Shown: piece by piece, positions 9,991 to 19,493 of the stretch
How positions within the stretch are numbered: position 1 is the first letter of the stretch
How the letters are laid out: each line of letters starts with the position of its first letter
From: an uncultured Bacilli bacterium
GTDB taxonomy: Bacteria; Bacillota_I; Bacilli_A; RF39; UBA660
Direction of reading: 5' to 3'
DNA: 64,000 bases
Assembly (NCBI GenBank): GCA_934096275.1
Contig: CAKOLK010000001.1
Span: forward strand, 79,876 to 143,875
The notes under the pieces: generated by a model
Told to the model about the DNA's origin: nothing
What the model saw: the letters and a program-made list of their open reading frames with translations, nothing else
Database searches by the model: none
Made by a program: the position numbers and the translations under genes

Positions 9991-10206
9991 TATATTATTA
10001 AAAAATAAAAGTTTTTTTGTAAAAATCCATAATAAAAAGAAATAGAATTACTCTACTTCCTTATCGCCCTCATTTAAATTACTTAGAAGTTCTTCATCAT
10101 TTTTATTGAAAACAAGAAGTAACTTTTCATATAACTTAAGCTTATTATACTCCTTCTTATTAATATTAGACAATTAGATACTGATAAGCATATAAAAAAC
10201 AGGGAC

Positions 10207-11199
10207 TTATCCCTGTCTATCTGCTTCTTCCAACATATTTGTAATAAATATACCATATCCTCTTCTTGGATTATCAGTAAGTACATGAGTTACTGCTCCG
10301 ATTATTTTATTATTTTGTATAATTGGAGACCCACTCATACCTTGTACTATTCCATTTGTTTTACTAATTAATTTTTTATCTGTTACTTCAAATAATATGT
10401 TTTTAGTAGGATCATTATCATTAACTTTTAAAATATTAATTTCAAACTCTTCAACTACGTTATTTTTAAGTACTGTTCTAAAATATGCTTTTCCTGTTTT
10501 TACTTCGTTTTTACTTGCTACTTCAATGGTATCTTTTCCTTCGATACTTTTTTCATATTTACCATATATACCATTGATTTTATTTTTTGTTATTGTACCA
10601 TATTTTTCTTCAACATGATAAGTAGCATTCTTTTCACCTGGATTGTTTCTTGATGACTTTTCTACTCCGGTTATTTCTGATTTAAATATTGAACCATCTT
10701 TCATCTCAAACTTTAATCCTGTACTAGATTCTACTATTTCATGCCCAAGGGATGCAAATATTTTAGATTCTGGATCGATAAATGTAAGAGTACCTATACC
10801 AATAATTTTATCTTTTATATAAAGCCCTGTTTTATATATGTCTTCTTCCTTTACTAACTTAATAGTGGTCTCATACTTTTTATTGTTACGTATATAAGTA
10901 ATCTTTAACTCATTTTTAGAGGCATCCATAACATCCGATAGATCAGTTATACTATTTATAACAGTGTCATCTACACCCGTTATGACGTCTCCTTTTTGAA
11001 GTCCTGCACTCTTACCTGGTGAACTTTTTCCTACATTGTAGAAACCTACGACTAAAACACCTTTTGATCTAATTTCTATACCAATGTTGTCTCCGCCGAG
11101 TACTACATTATTTGAATAAGCATTGATAGAAATTGGTATACTAACTATAGTGAGTAATAAAAGAAGCAGTAGTTTGTTTTTAAAATTTTTAAAAATCAT
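10207..11199 (-). CDS. spoIVB: SpoIVB peptidase (S55) with PDZ domain
   Basis: Signal anchor, PDZ (GLQKGDVITGVDD) and catalytic GMSGSPII. Confidence 0.85.
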   Translation of the reverse strand: MIFKNFKNKLLLLLLLTIVSIPISINAYSNNVVLGGDNIGIEIRSKGVLVVGFYNVGKSSPGKSAGLQKGDVITGVDDTVINSITDLSDVMDASKNELKITYIRNNKKYETTIKLVKEEDIYKTGLYIKDKIIGIGTLTFIDPESKIFASLGHEIVESSTGLKFEMKDGSIFKSEITGVEKSSRNNPGEKNATYHVEEKYGTITKNKINGIYGKYEKSIEGKDTIEVASKNEVKTGKAYFRTVLKNNVVEEFEINILKVNDNDPTKNILFEVTDKKLISKTNGIVQGMSGSPIIQNNKIIGAVTHVLTDNPRRGYGIFITNMLEEADRQG

Positions 11200-11319
11200 T
11201 TAAATCAACTCCTTAAACAAACTACATTATTATTATTTACTATATAGTATAATTTATAGTATCAAAAATATGGTAATTTTTATTTATTTATGTTATTCTT
11301 TTAAAAAGGAGGAATATAA

Positions 11320-12402
11320 ATGAAAAAATATCCATTATTACAATTAAATAAGAGTAAGTTAACTTACAATGTATCTAGTATAGTAAATAGATGCAGTAAT
11401 TTTAACATATCAGTTGCGGGAGTTATAAAAGGTGCAAATGGTATGAATGATGTAATTGATTGTTTTATAAAAGGAAATGTTAAACAAATTGCATCTTCTA
11501 GATTTGAACAATTAAAAAAAGTAAAAGAAATTAATAGTTCTATACCTACGATGATGATTAGGATTCCTATGTTATCTGAGGTAGAAGAAATAATTAAGTA
11601 TTGTGATTATTCAGTTAATTCAGAAATTAAAGTACTTGAAAAACTAAATGAGGAAGCTAAAAAACAAAATAAAAAGCATAAAGTAATTATTATGGCTGAT
11701 CTTGGTGATTTACGTGAAGGTTATATTGATTATGATGAATTAGTAAATGTTTCATTATATGTTGAAAACAATCTTAATAATTTAGTTTTATCAGGAATTG
11801 GCACTAATCTAGGATGCTATGGTTCAATTAAACCTGATATTAATAACCTAACTAAATTAGGAGAAATTGCAAGTGTTATTGAAGAAAAAATAAATAGAAA
11901 TCTTGAAATAGTATCTGGTGGTGCGACAAGTAGTATACCATTAGTATATAATAAAACTATACCTAGTAAGATAAATCATTTAAGAATTGGTGAGGCAATA
12001 TTACTTAATATGGACTTACCAGAATTATGGGATGTTGAAACTGGTCTTAATAATGATACATTTATTTTAAAAGCAGAAATAATAGAAAAAAAGGATAAAC
12101 CAAGTTATCCAATCGGAGAAATATTTATCGATGCTTTTGGCAATAGACCTACTTATACTGATATAGGTATTAGGACTAAAGTTCTTTTAGGAATTGGAAA
12201 GCAAGATATCGGAGATTTTGATAAATTGATTCCACTTGATGATAGAATCAAATTAATTGGTGCATCAAGTGATCATTTAATTGCAGATATAACAGATTGT
12301 AAAGATGACTATGATATTGGTGATATAATAGAGTTTAAATTATATTATCAAGCACTTCTTTTTAGTAGTCAATCTGAATATGTAAAAAAGGAAAGTATTT
12401 AG
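11320..12402 (+). CDS. PLP-dependent alanine/ornithine racemase-family enzyme (YhfX-like)
   Basis: 360 aa. N-terminal TIM-barrel racemase pattern with a candidate PLP lysine in VAGVIKGANG. Confidence 0.65.
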   Translation: MKKYPLLQLNKSKLTYNVSSIVNRCSNFNISVAGVIKGANGMNDVIDCFIKGNVKQIASSRFEQLKKVKEINSSIPTMMIRIPMLSEVEEIIKYCDYSVNSEIKVLEKLNEEAKKQNKKHKVIIMADLGDLREGYIDYDELVNVSLYVENNLNNLVLSGIGTNLGCYGSIKPDINNLTKLGEIASVIEEKINRNLEIVSGGATSSIPLVYNKTIPSKINHLRIGEAILLNMDLPELWDVETGLNNDTFILKAEIIEKKDKPSYPIGEIFIDAFGNRPTYTDIGIRTKVLLGIGKQDIGDFDKLIPLDDRIKLIGASSDHLIADITDCKDDYDIGDIIEFKLYYQALLFSSQSEYVKKESI

Positions 12403-13088
12403 CTTTCCTTTTCTGATACATATTTTTCTAATGCTTTTGTAACTTTAAAGTATCCTAAATCATTTAAATGAAGTCCATCTGTTGTATAGTCTTTTTTTAA
12501 TGATCCTTTATCATTTATTAACTTATCATACACATTGACATATTTTATATTGTACTTTTTACATAATTCATTAAGCTTTTTATTTGTTTCTTTTATTTCA
12601 TTATTATCTGTTTTTGGTACAATTTTTTTAATGTTTTTTATATCTTCTTCATTTGAAATTGGATATATTGATTCCACATAAATAGTAGTATCTTTATTAT
12701 TTTCTTTTATTTGTTTTATAATTATTTCTATATTATTTATAACTTCATCTTTATTTGTTCCATTTTTTAAATCATTTATTCCAATTAGTAGAAATAATTT
12801 TGTAGGATTATATTTATATACCCTATTTTTCAAATCATTTAATATATCCGTTGTTTTATTGCCAGAAATACCACTGTTGAATGTTTTATATTCTTCGAAG
12901 AATTCATTTATTTTATAATTATAAGTAAGTGAATCACCCAAAAATACTATAATACTTTGTTTGTCATTTACTTCAGTTTTATCAGTTATACTTATTATAA
13001 AGGCACAAATAAATAAAAACATCAATACTACAATATATATTTTTTCTTTTTTCATCTTATCCCTCGCTTGTATTGAATAATTATACAC
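12399..13088 (-). CDS. membrane-anchored SGNH/GDSL hydrolase
   Basis: N-terminal TM, GDS block (FLGDSLT) and a DGLHLN block near the C-terminus. Confidence 0.8.
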   Translation of the reverse strand: MYNYSIQARDKMKKEKIYIVVLMFLFICAFIISITDKTEVNDKQSIIVFLGDSLTYNYKINEFFEEYKTFNSGISGNKTTDILNDLKNRVYKYNPTKLFLLIGINDLKNGTNKDEVINNIEIIIKQIKENNKDTTIYVESIYPISNEEDIKNIKKIVPKTDNNEIKETNKKLNELCKKYNIKYVNVYDKLINDKGSLKKDYTTDGLHLNDLGYFKVTKALEKYVSEKES

Positions 13089-13113
13089 TATAAAATTAAA
13101 AAAAGAAATACTT

Positions 13114-13560
13114 TTATATTTCTTCTGCTACTGTTATGATATGACTCTTGTACTTTTTTATATAGAATTTTACATTGTTTTCATCAATATTATTCATATC
13201 TTTTAATGCAAGTCCTTTTAACTTAATTAAGGCTTCTTTTTTGGTCCAATATTTAAAAAATTCCTCATCATTTTTTGGCTTTATATTTAAAATATCATTG
13301 ATTTTAGCATTATATTTTTTTATTTTTTCAATGTCTACTCCAATTTTTTTGTTACTTATTGCTATTACCAAATATTTATCAGAATGACTTATGTTAAAGT
13401 ATATATCATTTATATTATTTAGATATGGTTTTCCATTTTCATTACGTGTAATAGTATAATCATCAATATTATATTCTTTTTTTAAAATATTTTTTAAGAG
13501 ACTATATTCATAGTCCCTTAAGTTTTTTATATTTTCAATATTTTTAATTACTATTTTCAT
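13114..13560 (-). CDS. 4'-phosphopantetheinyl transferase (short Sfp-like)
   Basis: GVDIEKI and WTKKEALIKLKG motifs. Abuts the MBOAT gene stop. Confidence 0.7.
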   Translation of the reverse strand: MKIVIKNIENIKNLRDYEYSLLKNILKKEYNIDDYTITRNENGKPYLNNINDIYFNISHSDKYLVIAISNKKIGVDIEKIKKYNAKINDILNIKPKNDEEFFKYWTKKEALIKLKGLALKDMNNIDENNVKFYIKKYKSHIITVAEEI

Positions 13561-15110
13561 TAGAATAATGCATATATGAAACTAGAGGCATCATATCCAG
13601 GACCATATATACCAAAGATTATAATACTAAATATTATAAAGAAATATATGAACCATCTAAATAATAAGTTTTCATTTTTTATTTTTTCTCTTATGTCAAT
13701 ATCTTTTTCTTTCATAAAACTTACTACAAATAAAATTATGCATGCAATTATTAAAACTAAAATATCTGGAACAGTTAACCCTAGATTCATTTGTGTTATG
13801 CTTTGATGTTTACTCATTACAAATATTGATTTTAAATAGCAAAATGCTTTAGTAAGTGTATCTGCTCTAAAAATAGTAAGTCCAATGACTACGATTACAA
13901 AAGTACGAAGCATTTGAAATAATCTATAGCTAAATACGTCTGTTTTTATTTTTAATATATCAACTATTTTCTTTAATAATGGGCTAAATAGTACACCAAG
14001 CATCATAAGTACATAATAATATAATCCATATATTATGTATTTTAAACTAGGACCATGCCATAGACCATTACAAAACCAAACAAAGAATAATGGGAAAGCT
14101 ATTATTATGAATTGTCCTAAATGTTTCCATTTTAGTGATCTAGCCCACTTACTTAGTTTTAAATTGGTTTTTGATAGAGATATTGGATAGAATATATAAT
14201 CTCTTAACCAAGTACCAAGTGTAATATGCCATCTTCTCCAGAATTCATTGATTGATTTTGCAAAAAATGGTTGTCTAAAGTTTTTATCGAGTTTTACACC
14301 GAATAATTCTCCTAGACCGCACACAATATCCATACATCCAGAAAATTCAGTATATATTTGTATTGTGTATAGTATAATTGCAAATAATACTATGAAACCT
14401 GAATAGTTTCCTCCGAAAACACTATTTACATATAGCCCTGCCCTATCTGCAATTACTAGTTTTTTGAAGAATCCCCATCCAATTAGGACTAATGCACTAA
14501 TAGTTCTATCATAGTCAAATTTATGACCTTCATACAATTGATCTGCAAGTGTATTAAATCTCCCGATTGGTCCTTCCACCATTTGAGGAAAGAATGATAA
14601 GAATAAAGCAACTTTGAATACGTTTTTTGAAGGTTTATATTTATTGTTATATACATCGATAATGTATCCTAAAGCTTGTAATGTATAATATGAAATACCT
14701 AATGGCAGTATAAAGTATTTTACTGCTATATTAGCATTAAATATTGAGTTAATAATTCCTCCGAAAAAGTTATTGTATTTTAATACTGCAAGTATTCCTA
14801 AATTAATTATAATTACTGATAGTAATACTAATTTTTTTTGTTTTTTTCTATTTAATTTTATTTTTTTCTTTTCTTCTTTATCTAGATCTTTGTTTATTTC
14901 CTTATCATTTATTTTATTAATTAATAAAGTTCCAAAATATATTGATAAGGTTGACAATAGTAAGAAAACAATAAGACTTTTACTAGATAAGAAGTAGAAG
15001 ATGTAACTTGATACAAGTAATACTATCCATCTTATCTTTTTAGGGAATAGATAATATAGTATAAAAGTTGCAAGTACAAATCCTATAAATTCTAATGAAA
15101 CGAAACTCAT
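13560..15110 (-). CDS. MBOAT-family membrane O-acyltransferase (DltB/AlgI-like)
   Basis: 516 aa polytopic protein. Conserved MBOAT His region (FWRRWHITLGTWLRDYIFYP, LWHG). Confidence 0.85.
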   Translation of the reverse strand: MSFVSLEFIGFVLATFILYYLFPKKIRWIVLLVSSYIFYFLSSKSLIVFLLLSTLSIYFGTLLINKINDKEINKDLDKEEKKKIKLNRKKQKKLVLLSVIIINLGILAVLKYNNFFGGIINSIFNANIAVKYFILPLGISYYTLQALGYIIDVYNNKYKPSKNVFKVALFLSFFPQMVEGPIGRFNTLADQLYEGHKFDYDRTISALVLIGWGFFKKLVIADRAGLYVNSVFGGNYSGFIVLFAIILYTIQIYTEFSGCMDIVCGLGELFGVKLDKNFRQPFFAKSINEFWRRWHITLGTWLRDYIFYPISLSKTNLKLSKWARSLKWKHLGQFIIIAFPLFFVWFCNGLWHGPSLKYIIYGLYYYVLMMLGVLFSPLLKKIVDILKIKTDVFSYRLFQMLRTFVIVVIGLTIFRADTLTKAFCYLKSIFVMSKHQSITQMNLGLTVPDILVLIIACIILFVVSFMKEKDIDIREKIKNENLLFRWFIYFFIIFSIIIFGIYGPGYDASSFIYALF

Positions 15111-15132
15111 ATTAATAAACCACCTGTAAATA

Positions 15133-15357
15133 TTAATCTTCTAATCTTTTAACTAAATTCATTATTGCATCAACTGATTCAAAGTTTTCTGGAACTATAT
15201 CTGTTATAGATATTTCGATATCAAACTCTTCATTAAGTGCTGCGACTAAAGATACTATATCAAATGAGGCAAGTATGCCATCTTCGATTAAATGTTTTTC
15301 GTTTTCGAAATCAACTCCTGGTTTAATTTCATTTAATATTTTTAATAATTCTTTCAT
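15133..15357 (-). CDS. dltC: D-alanyl carrier protein-like acyl carrier
   Basis: 74 aa acidic protein. Candidate Ppant serine in ILASFDIVSLV. Lies between the ligase and the MBOAT gene. Confidence 0.8.
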   Translation of the reverse strand: MKELLKILNEIKPGVDFENEKHLIEDGILASFDIVSLVAALNEEFDIEISITDIVPENFESVDAIMNLVKRLED

Positions 15358-15362
15358 AATTT

Positions 15363-16862
15363 TCAGACTCCTAACATTTCTTTTAATTTTTTTCTATCTA
15401 TTTTACCATTTGCATTGTGTGGTAATTTTTTAACATAATTTACTTTTGAAGGCATCATATAGTTTGGTAATTTATTTTTTAAATAATTTAAAATTTCTTT
15501 ATTATCAATTTCTTCTCCTTCAAAAAATAAAATAATTTTTTTATGAATATCATCATATACACATGCAACTTGTGATATTTCTTTCATTCCAAGTGCAACG
15601 TTTTCTATTTCACCAAGTTCTATTCTATAACCCATATGTTTAATTTGAAAGTCTTTTCTTGATGAATAAACTAATTCTTTATATTCATTGTAATAAGCTA
15701 AATCACCTGTTTTATAAGCATTTTCTATATATAACTTATTAAGGGGATTTTGAACAAATGCTTCTTTTGTTTTATCAATGTTGTTATAATACCCCATAGC
15801 AAGAGAACTTCCAAGTATGTATAATTCTCCAGTTACATTTGGCTCTTCAATTGGCTCTAAATTATCATCTAAAAGCATAATTCTTGTATTCTTGAATGGT
15901 TTTCCTATTGGTAATGGTTCTGAATCTTCAAATTTTCTATCTACAATATAATATGTTGATGCATCAACTGTTTCAGCAGGACCATATAAATTAGCATAAA
16001 CAACGTTACTCAAATGTTTTCTCCAAATATTTAGTTGTTTGTTAGGCATTGCTTCACCACAGAATAGAACTTTTTTTAAATATTCTGGTTTCATTTTTTC
16101 AAGGGCTGGCGCCATTAGTACTAAAGCAGATGGAACCCAAAATATAAAGTTAACTTTCTTTTGATTTAAATATTCTATTACTTTGATAGGAAACATAAAC
16201 ATGCTTTGTGGTATTAAATAATTAGTACTACCATTTTTAATATTACAATAAATATCAGCAATAGAAAGATCAAAGTAAAGTGGCGACTGATTAGCATATA
16301 TATCATTCTCACTTAACTTGAAAGCATCAGTCATTGCTTCACAAAAATCAATAACACCACGATGATTAATGATATAACCTTTGGGTATCCCTGTTGAACC
16401 ACTTGTAAATAAACTATAAATAGGATCAGTATCTATAGTGTTATTAGATATTTCTTCCAATAGATTAAAGTTAATTTCTTTGATCAATAAATCATCAAAT
16501 ATTAAAACTGAATCGCCAAAATATTGTTTTGCTTTTTCACTTAGATCATTTGTAGTTATAACGAGTACAGGTTTCAAAGTTTCTTTAATCATCTCAACTC
16601 TATCTAATGGCATTTTTGTATCAATAATTGTATAAAAATTACCACTTCTTATTACTCCCATCATACTTGTTACACATTCTACACTTTTTTCCATATAAAT
16701 TACAATTGGCTTTTTAAAGTGTTTAATCAAGTTCATTGCAACTTTATTAGAGTTTATATATAGTGTTTCGTAATCGATTGATTTTTTACTATCATCAAAT
16801 GCAATTTTTTTAGGGTAATTTTTGTATGAACTTTTTAAATATTCATAAACATTTGTTATCAT
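15363..16862 (-). CDS. dltA: D-alanine--carrier protein ligase-like adenylating enzyme
   Basis: AMP-binding motifs SGSTGIPKG, YGPAE and YKTGDLA. 499 aa. Substrate is not determinable by eye. Confidence 0.8.
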   Translation of the reverse strand: MITNVYEYLKSSYKNYPKKIAFDDSKKSIDYETLYINSNKVAMNLIKHFKKPIVIYMEKSVECVTSMMGVIRSGNFYTIIDTKMPLDRVEMIKETLKPVLVITTNDLSEKAKQYFGDSVLIFDDLLIKEINFNLLEEISNNTIDTDPIYSLFTSGSTGIPKGYIINHRGVIDFCEAMTDAFKLSENDIYANQSPLYFDLSIADIYCNIKNGSTNYLIPQSMFMFPIKVIEYLNQKKVNFIFWVPSALVLMAPALEKMKPEYLKKVLFCGEAMPNKQLNIWRKHLSNVVYANLYGPAETVDASTYYIVDRKFEDSEPLPIGKPFKNTRIMLLDDNLEPIEEPNVTGELYILGSSLAMGYYNNIDKTKEAFVQNPLNKLYIENAYKTGDLAYYNEYKELVYSSRKDFQIKHMGYRIELGEIENVALGMKEISQVACVYDDIHKKIILFFEGEEIDNKEILNYLKNKLPNYMMPSKVNYVKKLPHNANGKIDRKKLKEMLGV

Positions 16863-16883
16863 ATATTCCTCCTTAAAATTAAA

Positions 16884-17540
16884 CTAATATTTAGTTTCAT
16901 AATACTTAATTGCGTCATCTATATCTCCGTCAAATAATAACTTTCCTTTTTTTAATACTATTCCTCTTGTGCAGAATTCTCTTGCCATTTGCATTGAATG
17001 TGTTACAAAAAGAACAGTTATATTATCATTGAATATTAGTTCTTTAACTTTAGATAAGCATTTGTTTTTAAATTCTTTGTCTCCAACACTAAGAACTTCA
17101 TCTACTATTAAGATATCAGGAATTATATGAACAGAGATTGCAAAACCAAGTCTTGCTTTCATACCACTTGAATACATTTTTACTGGTTGATCTAGGTAAT
17201 CACCAATATCTGCAAAATCAATTATATCTTGTTCTATAGCTTTTATTTCTTCTGGTTGCATGTTTAGTATACTGCATTTTATATAAATATTTTCTCTTCC
17301 TGTACATTCTTGATTAAAACCTGCAGTAAGTTCCAATAAAGCATTAATTCTTCCATTTACTTCTATTGTTCCAGATGTAGGTTTACTAACTCCTGTAATC
17401 ATTTTTAGTATTGTACTCTTACCACTCCCATTTGAACCGATTAAAGCAACTGTTTGTCCTCTTTTTATAGTGAATGAAACATGATCAGTGGCAACTTTTT
17501 TCTTAAATGGTACATTACAAAATATACTAAGAAATCTCAT
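16884..17540 (-). CDS. tagH: teichoic-acid/polysaccharide export ABC transporter ATP-binding protein (TagH-like)
   Basis: Walker A GSNGSGKST, signature YSSGMKARL and Walker B ILIVDE. Homology seems to continue upstream of the first ATG (see findings). Confidence 0.85.
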   Translation of the reverse strand: MRFLSIFCNVPFKKKVATDHVSFTIKRGQTVALIGSNGSGKSTILKMITGVSKPTSGTIEVNGRINALLELTAGFNQECTGRENIYIKCSILNMQPEEIKAIEQDIIDFADIGDYLDQPVKMYSSGMKARLGFAISVHIIPDILIVDEVLSVGDKEFKNKCLSKVKELIFNDNITVLFVTHSMQMAREFCTRGIVLKKGKLLFDGDIDDAIKYYETKY

Positions 17541-17608
17541 TTTATCATTTTTGTATAGTCTGTATTCTTTTACAACGTTATTGAATACGACAGAATTATT
17601 GTTAGTTT

Positions 17609-18403
17609 CTATATGACATCACCTACCTCATCTTTAGTTTTAAAGTACACAAATTTTGAGAATAATAGTGTAAATATAAATACCAATACAAATATTAGTA
17701 ATGTTTTAGAATCAGCCCATATCCATTCTTTGTAGACAAATACTTTTCTATAGCATTGAGCAAAGAAAGTAACGGGGTTTATAAGTAATATTGTATTGAT
17801 TATTGGATTATTTATATTAGAAATTGGCCACATTATTCCACTTAGCCAAAATACCGCAGTTGTAAATGATTTCACTAAATTATAAAAGTCTCTTGAAATA
17901 GCAGATAAAAATGATGCTCCTAAAGAGAAAATATTCCAATATAAGAAGAATAACAATACTATAAGTGGAAATTGTAAGAAATAAATATCTATTCCAAATC
18001 CAAAAGCATAGATTATTGTAAATAGCCCTATTAATACGATATGAGTAATAAATTTTGATATAGTATCAAATGTTGGAATAACTGAAAGTGGAAACTTTAT
18101 CTTATTTACTAAATATGAGTTCTTTTTTAGGCAATTTATTCCGGTAGATAAAATATCACTCATGAAAAACCATGGAATAATACCTGATATTAGCCATATT
18201 ATGTATGGAAAACCATTAACACTTTTTCCACTTTTTAATCCATATGTAAAAGCAAACCAATATACAAAAATAGTAATAAGTGGTTTTATAAGCATCCATA
18301 TCCAACCAAATACTGTTCCTTTATAAGTTTTTACTACATCGAACCATGCAAGTTTTATTATTTGACTTCTGTATACAATGTGTTCTTTTAATATTTCAAT
18401 CAT
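17609..18403 (-). CDS. tagG: ABC-2 type transporter permease (TagG-like)
   Basis: 264 aa, 6 TM. Adjacent to tagH. Confidence 0.8.
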   Translation of the reverse strand: MIEILKEHIVYRSQIIKLAWFDVVKTYKGTVFGWIWMLIKPLITIFVYWFAFTYGLKSGKSVNGFPYIIWLISGIIPWFFMSDILSTGINCLKKNSYLVNKIKFPLSVIPTFDTISKFITHIVLIGLFTIIYAFGFGIDIYFLQFPLIVLLFFLYWNIFSLGASFLSAISRDFYNLVKSFTTAVFWLSGIMWPISNINNPIINTILLINPVTFFAQCYRKVFVYKEWIWADSKTLLIFVLVFIFTLLFSKFVYFKTKDEVGDVI

Positions 18404-18454
18404 ATGATCAAGTCCTCCTGAAATAATTATATCATATATTTTTTAATAAATATA

Positions 18455-19492
18455 CTATTGATTATTCTCTACTTTTAGAAATTTCCATTTTAAAGAAGAT
18501 ATATAATTAAATGGTTTGCTGAAAATTTTGTTTCCTAATAGTACCGATAATAAGAAAGCAATGATTAATAAACAAATCGGTAAAAGGATTCCTAATGTTT
18601 CTAAATTAGTTTTTATACTAGTATTTTTTATAAAGAATAAAGCAAACATCTGTAGAATATATATTTGTAGTGTTCTAGCACCATATTTTGACAAAAGCAT
18701 TTCACATTTAGGTACTATATTCATAATCATAATCATTGTAATTAAAGATGCTATATAATATACAAGACGAATAAGCGCTCCATACATATAATAATCTCCA
18801 AATACTGTTTTGTAACTATTTCTACCAGTGAATAATCCTCTTAATATATATAAATCTTTAAAGAAATAGAATAATAAGAAAATAGTTATTACTCCAAGTA
18901 GACTGACTAAAAAATATTTTGGTTTGACTACTTTTTTTACATCTTCGATTGAAGAATAATATCCAAGTAGAAAGAATGGATAAAATACTATTGTTCTTGA
19001 TGCTATAAATAAGTCTTTAACACTAACAACGTATCCTACATAAAGAGCAAATAATACTGAAAATGTTATTACGTATTGTTTTTTAAAATTTTTAATCAGA
19101 GGTAATGAAATATTATAAAGAGCTAGAGCAAATAAATACCATGAAGCTGATTGGAATGATAAGAAATTGTAATTGAATGGTTTGTTTAAAACTAATGTTT
19201 CTAGGGTTCTCATTAAAAATAATGATAAAAAGCAAAGTAAGAAGAAATTTAATATTTTTTCTGGTTTGAACTTTTTAGAAAAATATCCACTTATCCAAAT
19301 AAAAAGAGGCATATGAAAGAGATAAATAAAATTAAATCCAGCCTTCATAACATGTGACTTATCATAATAAATCTCAAACAAATGTCCTAGTATAACTAAT
19401 AGAATAAGTACGTATTTTAAATTATCAAAGAAGTATACTCTAGTAGTATTGTCTTCTTTTTCTAATTCGTATAATTTACTTATTTTTTTCAT
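18455..19492 (-). CDS. acyltransferase-3 family membrane O-acyltransferase
   Basis: 345 aa, about 10 TM. N-terminal pattern DNLKYVLILLVILGH typical of the AT3 family. Confidence 0.7.
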   Translation of the reverse strand: MKKISKLYELEKEDNTTRVYFFDNLKYVLILLVILGHLFEIYYDKSHVMKAGFNFIYLFHMPLFIWISGYFSKKFKPEKILNFFLLCFLSLFLMRTLETLVLNKPFNYNFLSFQSASWYLFALALYNISLPLIKNFKKQYVITFSVLFALYVGYVVSVKDLFIASRTIVFYPFFLLGYYSSIEDVKKVVKPKYFLVSLLGVITIFLLFYFFKDLYILRGLFTGRNSYKTVFGDYYMYGALIRLVYYIASLITMIMIMNIVPKCEMLLSKYGARTLQIYILQMFALFFIKNTSIKTNLETLGILLPICLLIIAFLLSVLLGNKIFSKPFNYISSLKWKFLKVENNQ

Positions 19493-19493
19493 T

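Noticed and set aside
10083-10286. 67 aa ORF spanning the spoIVB stop and spacer
   Set aside because: It overlaps the spoIVB 3' end and its terminator hairpin. It has no RBS and no recognisable protein features.
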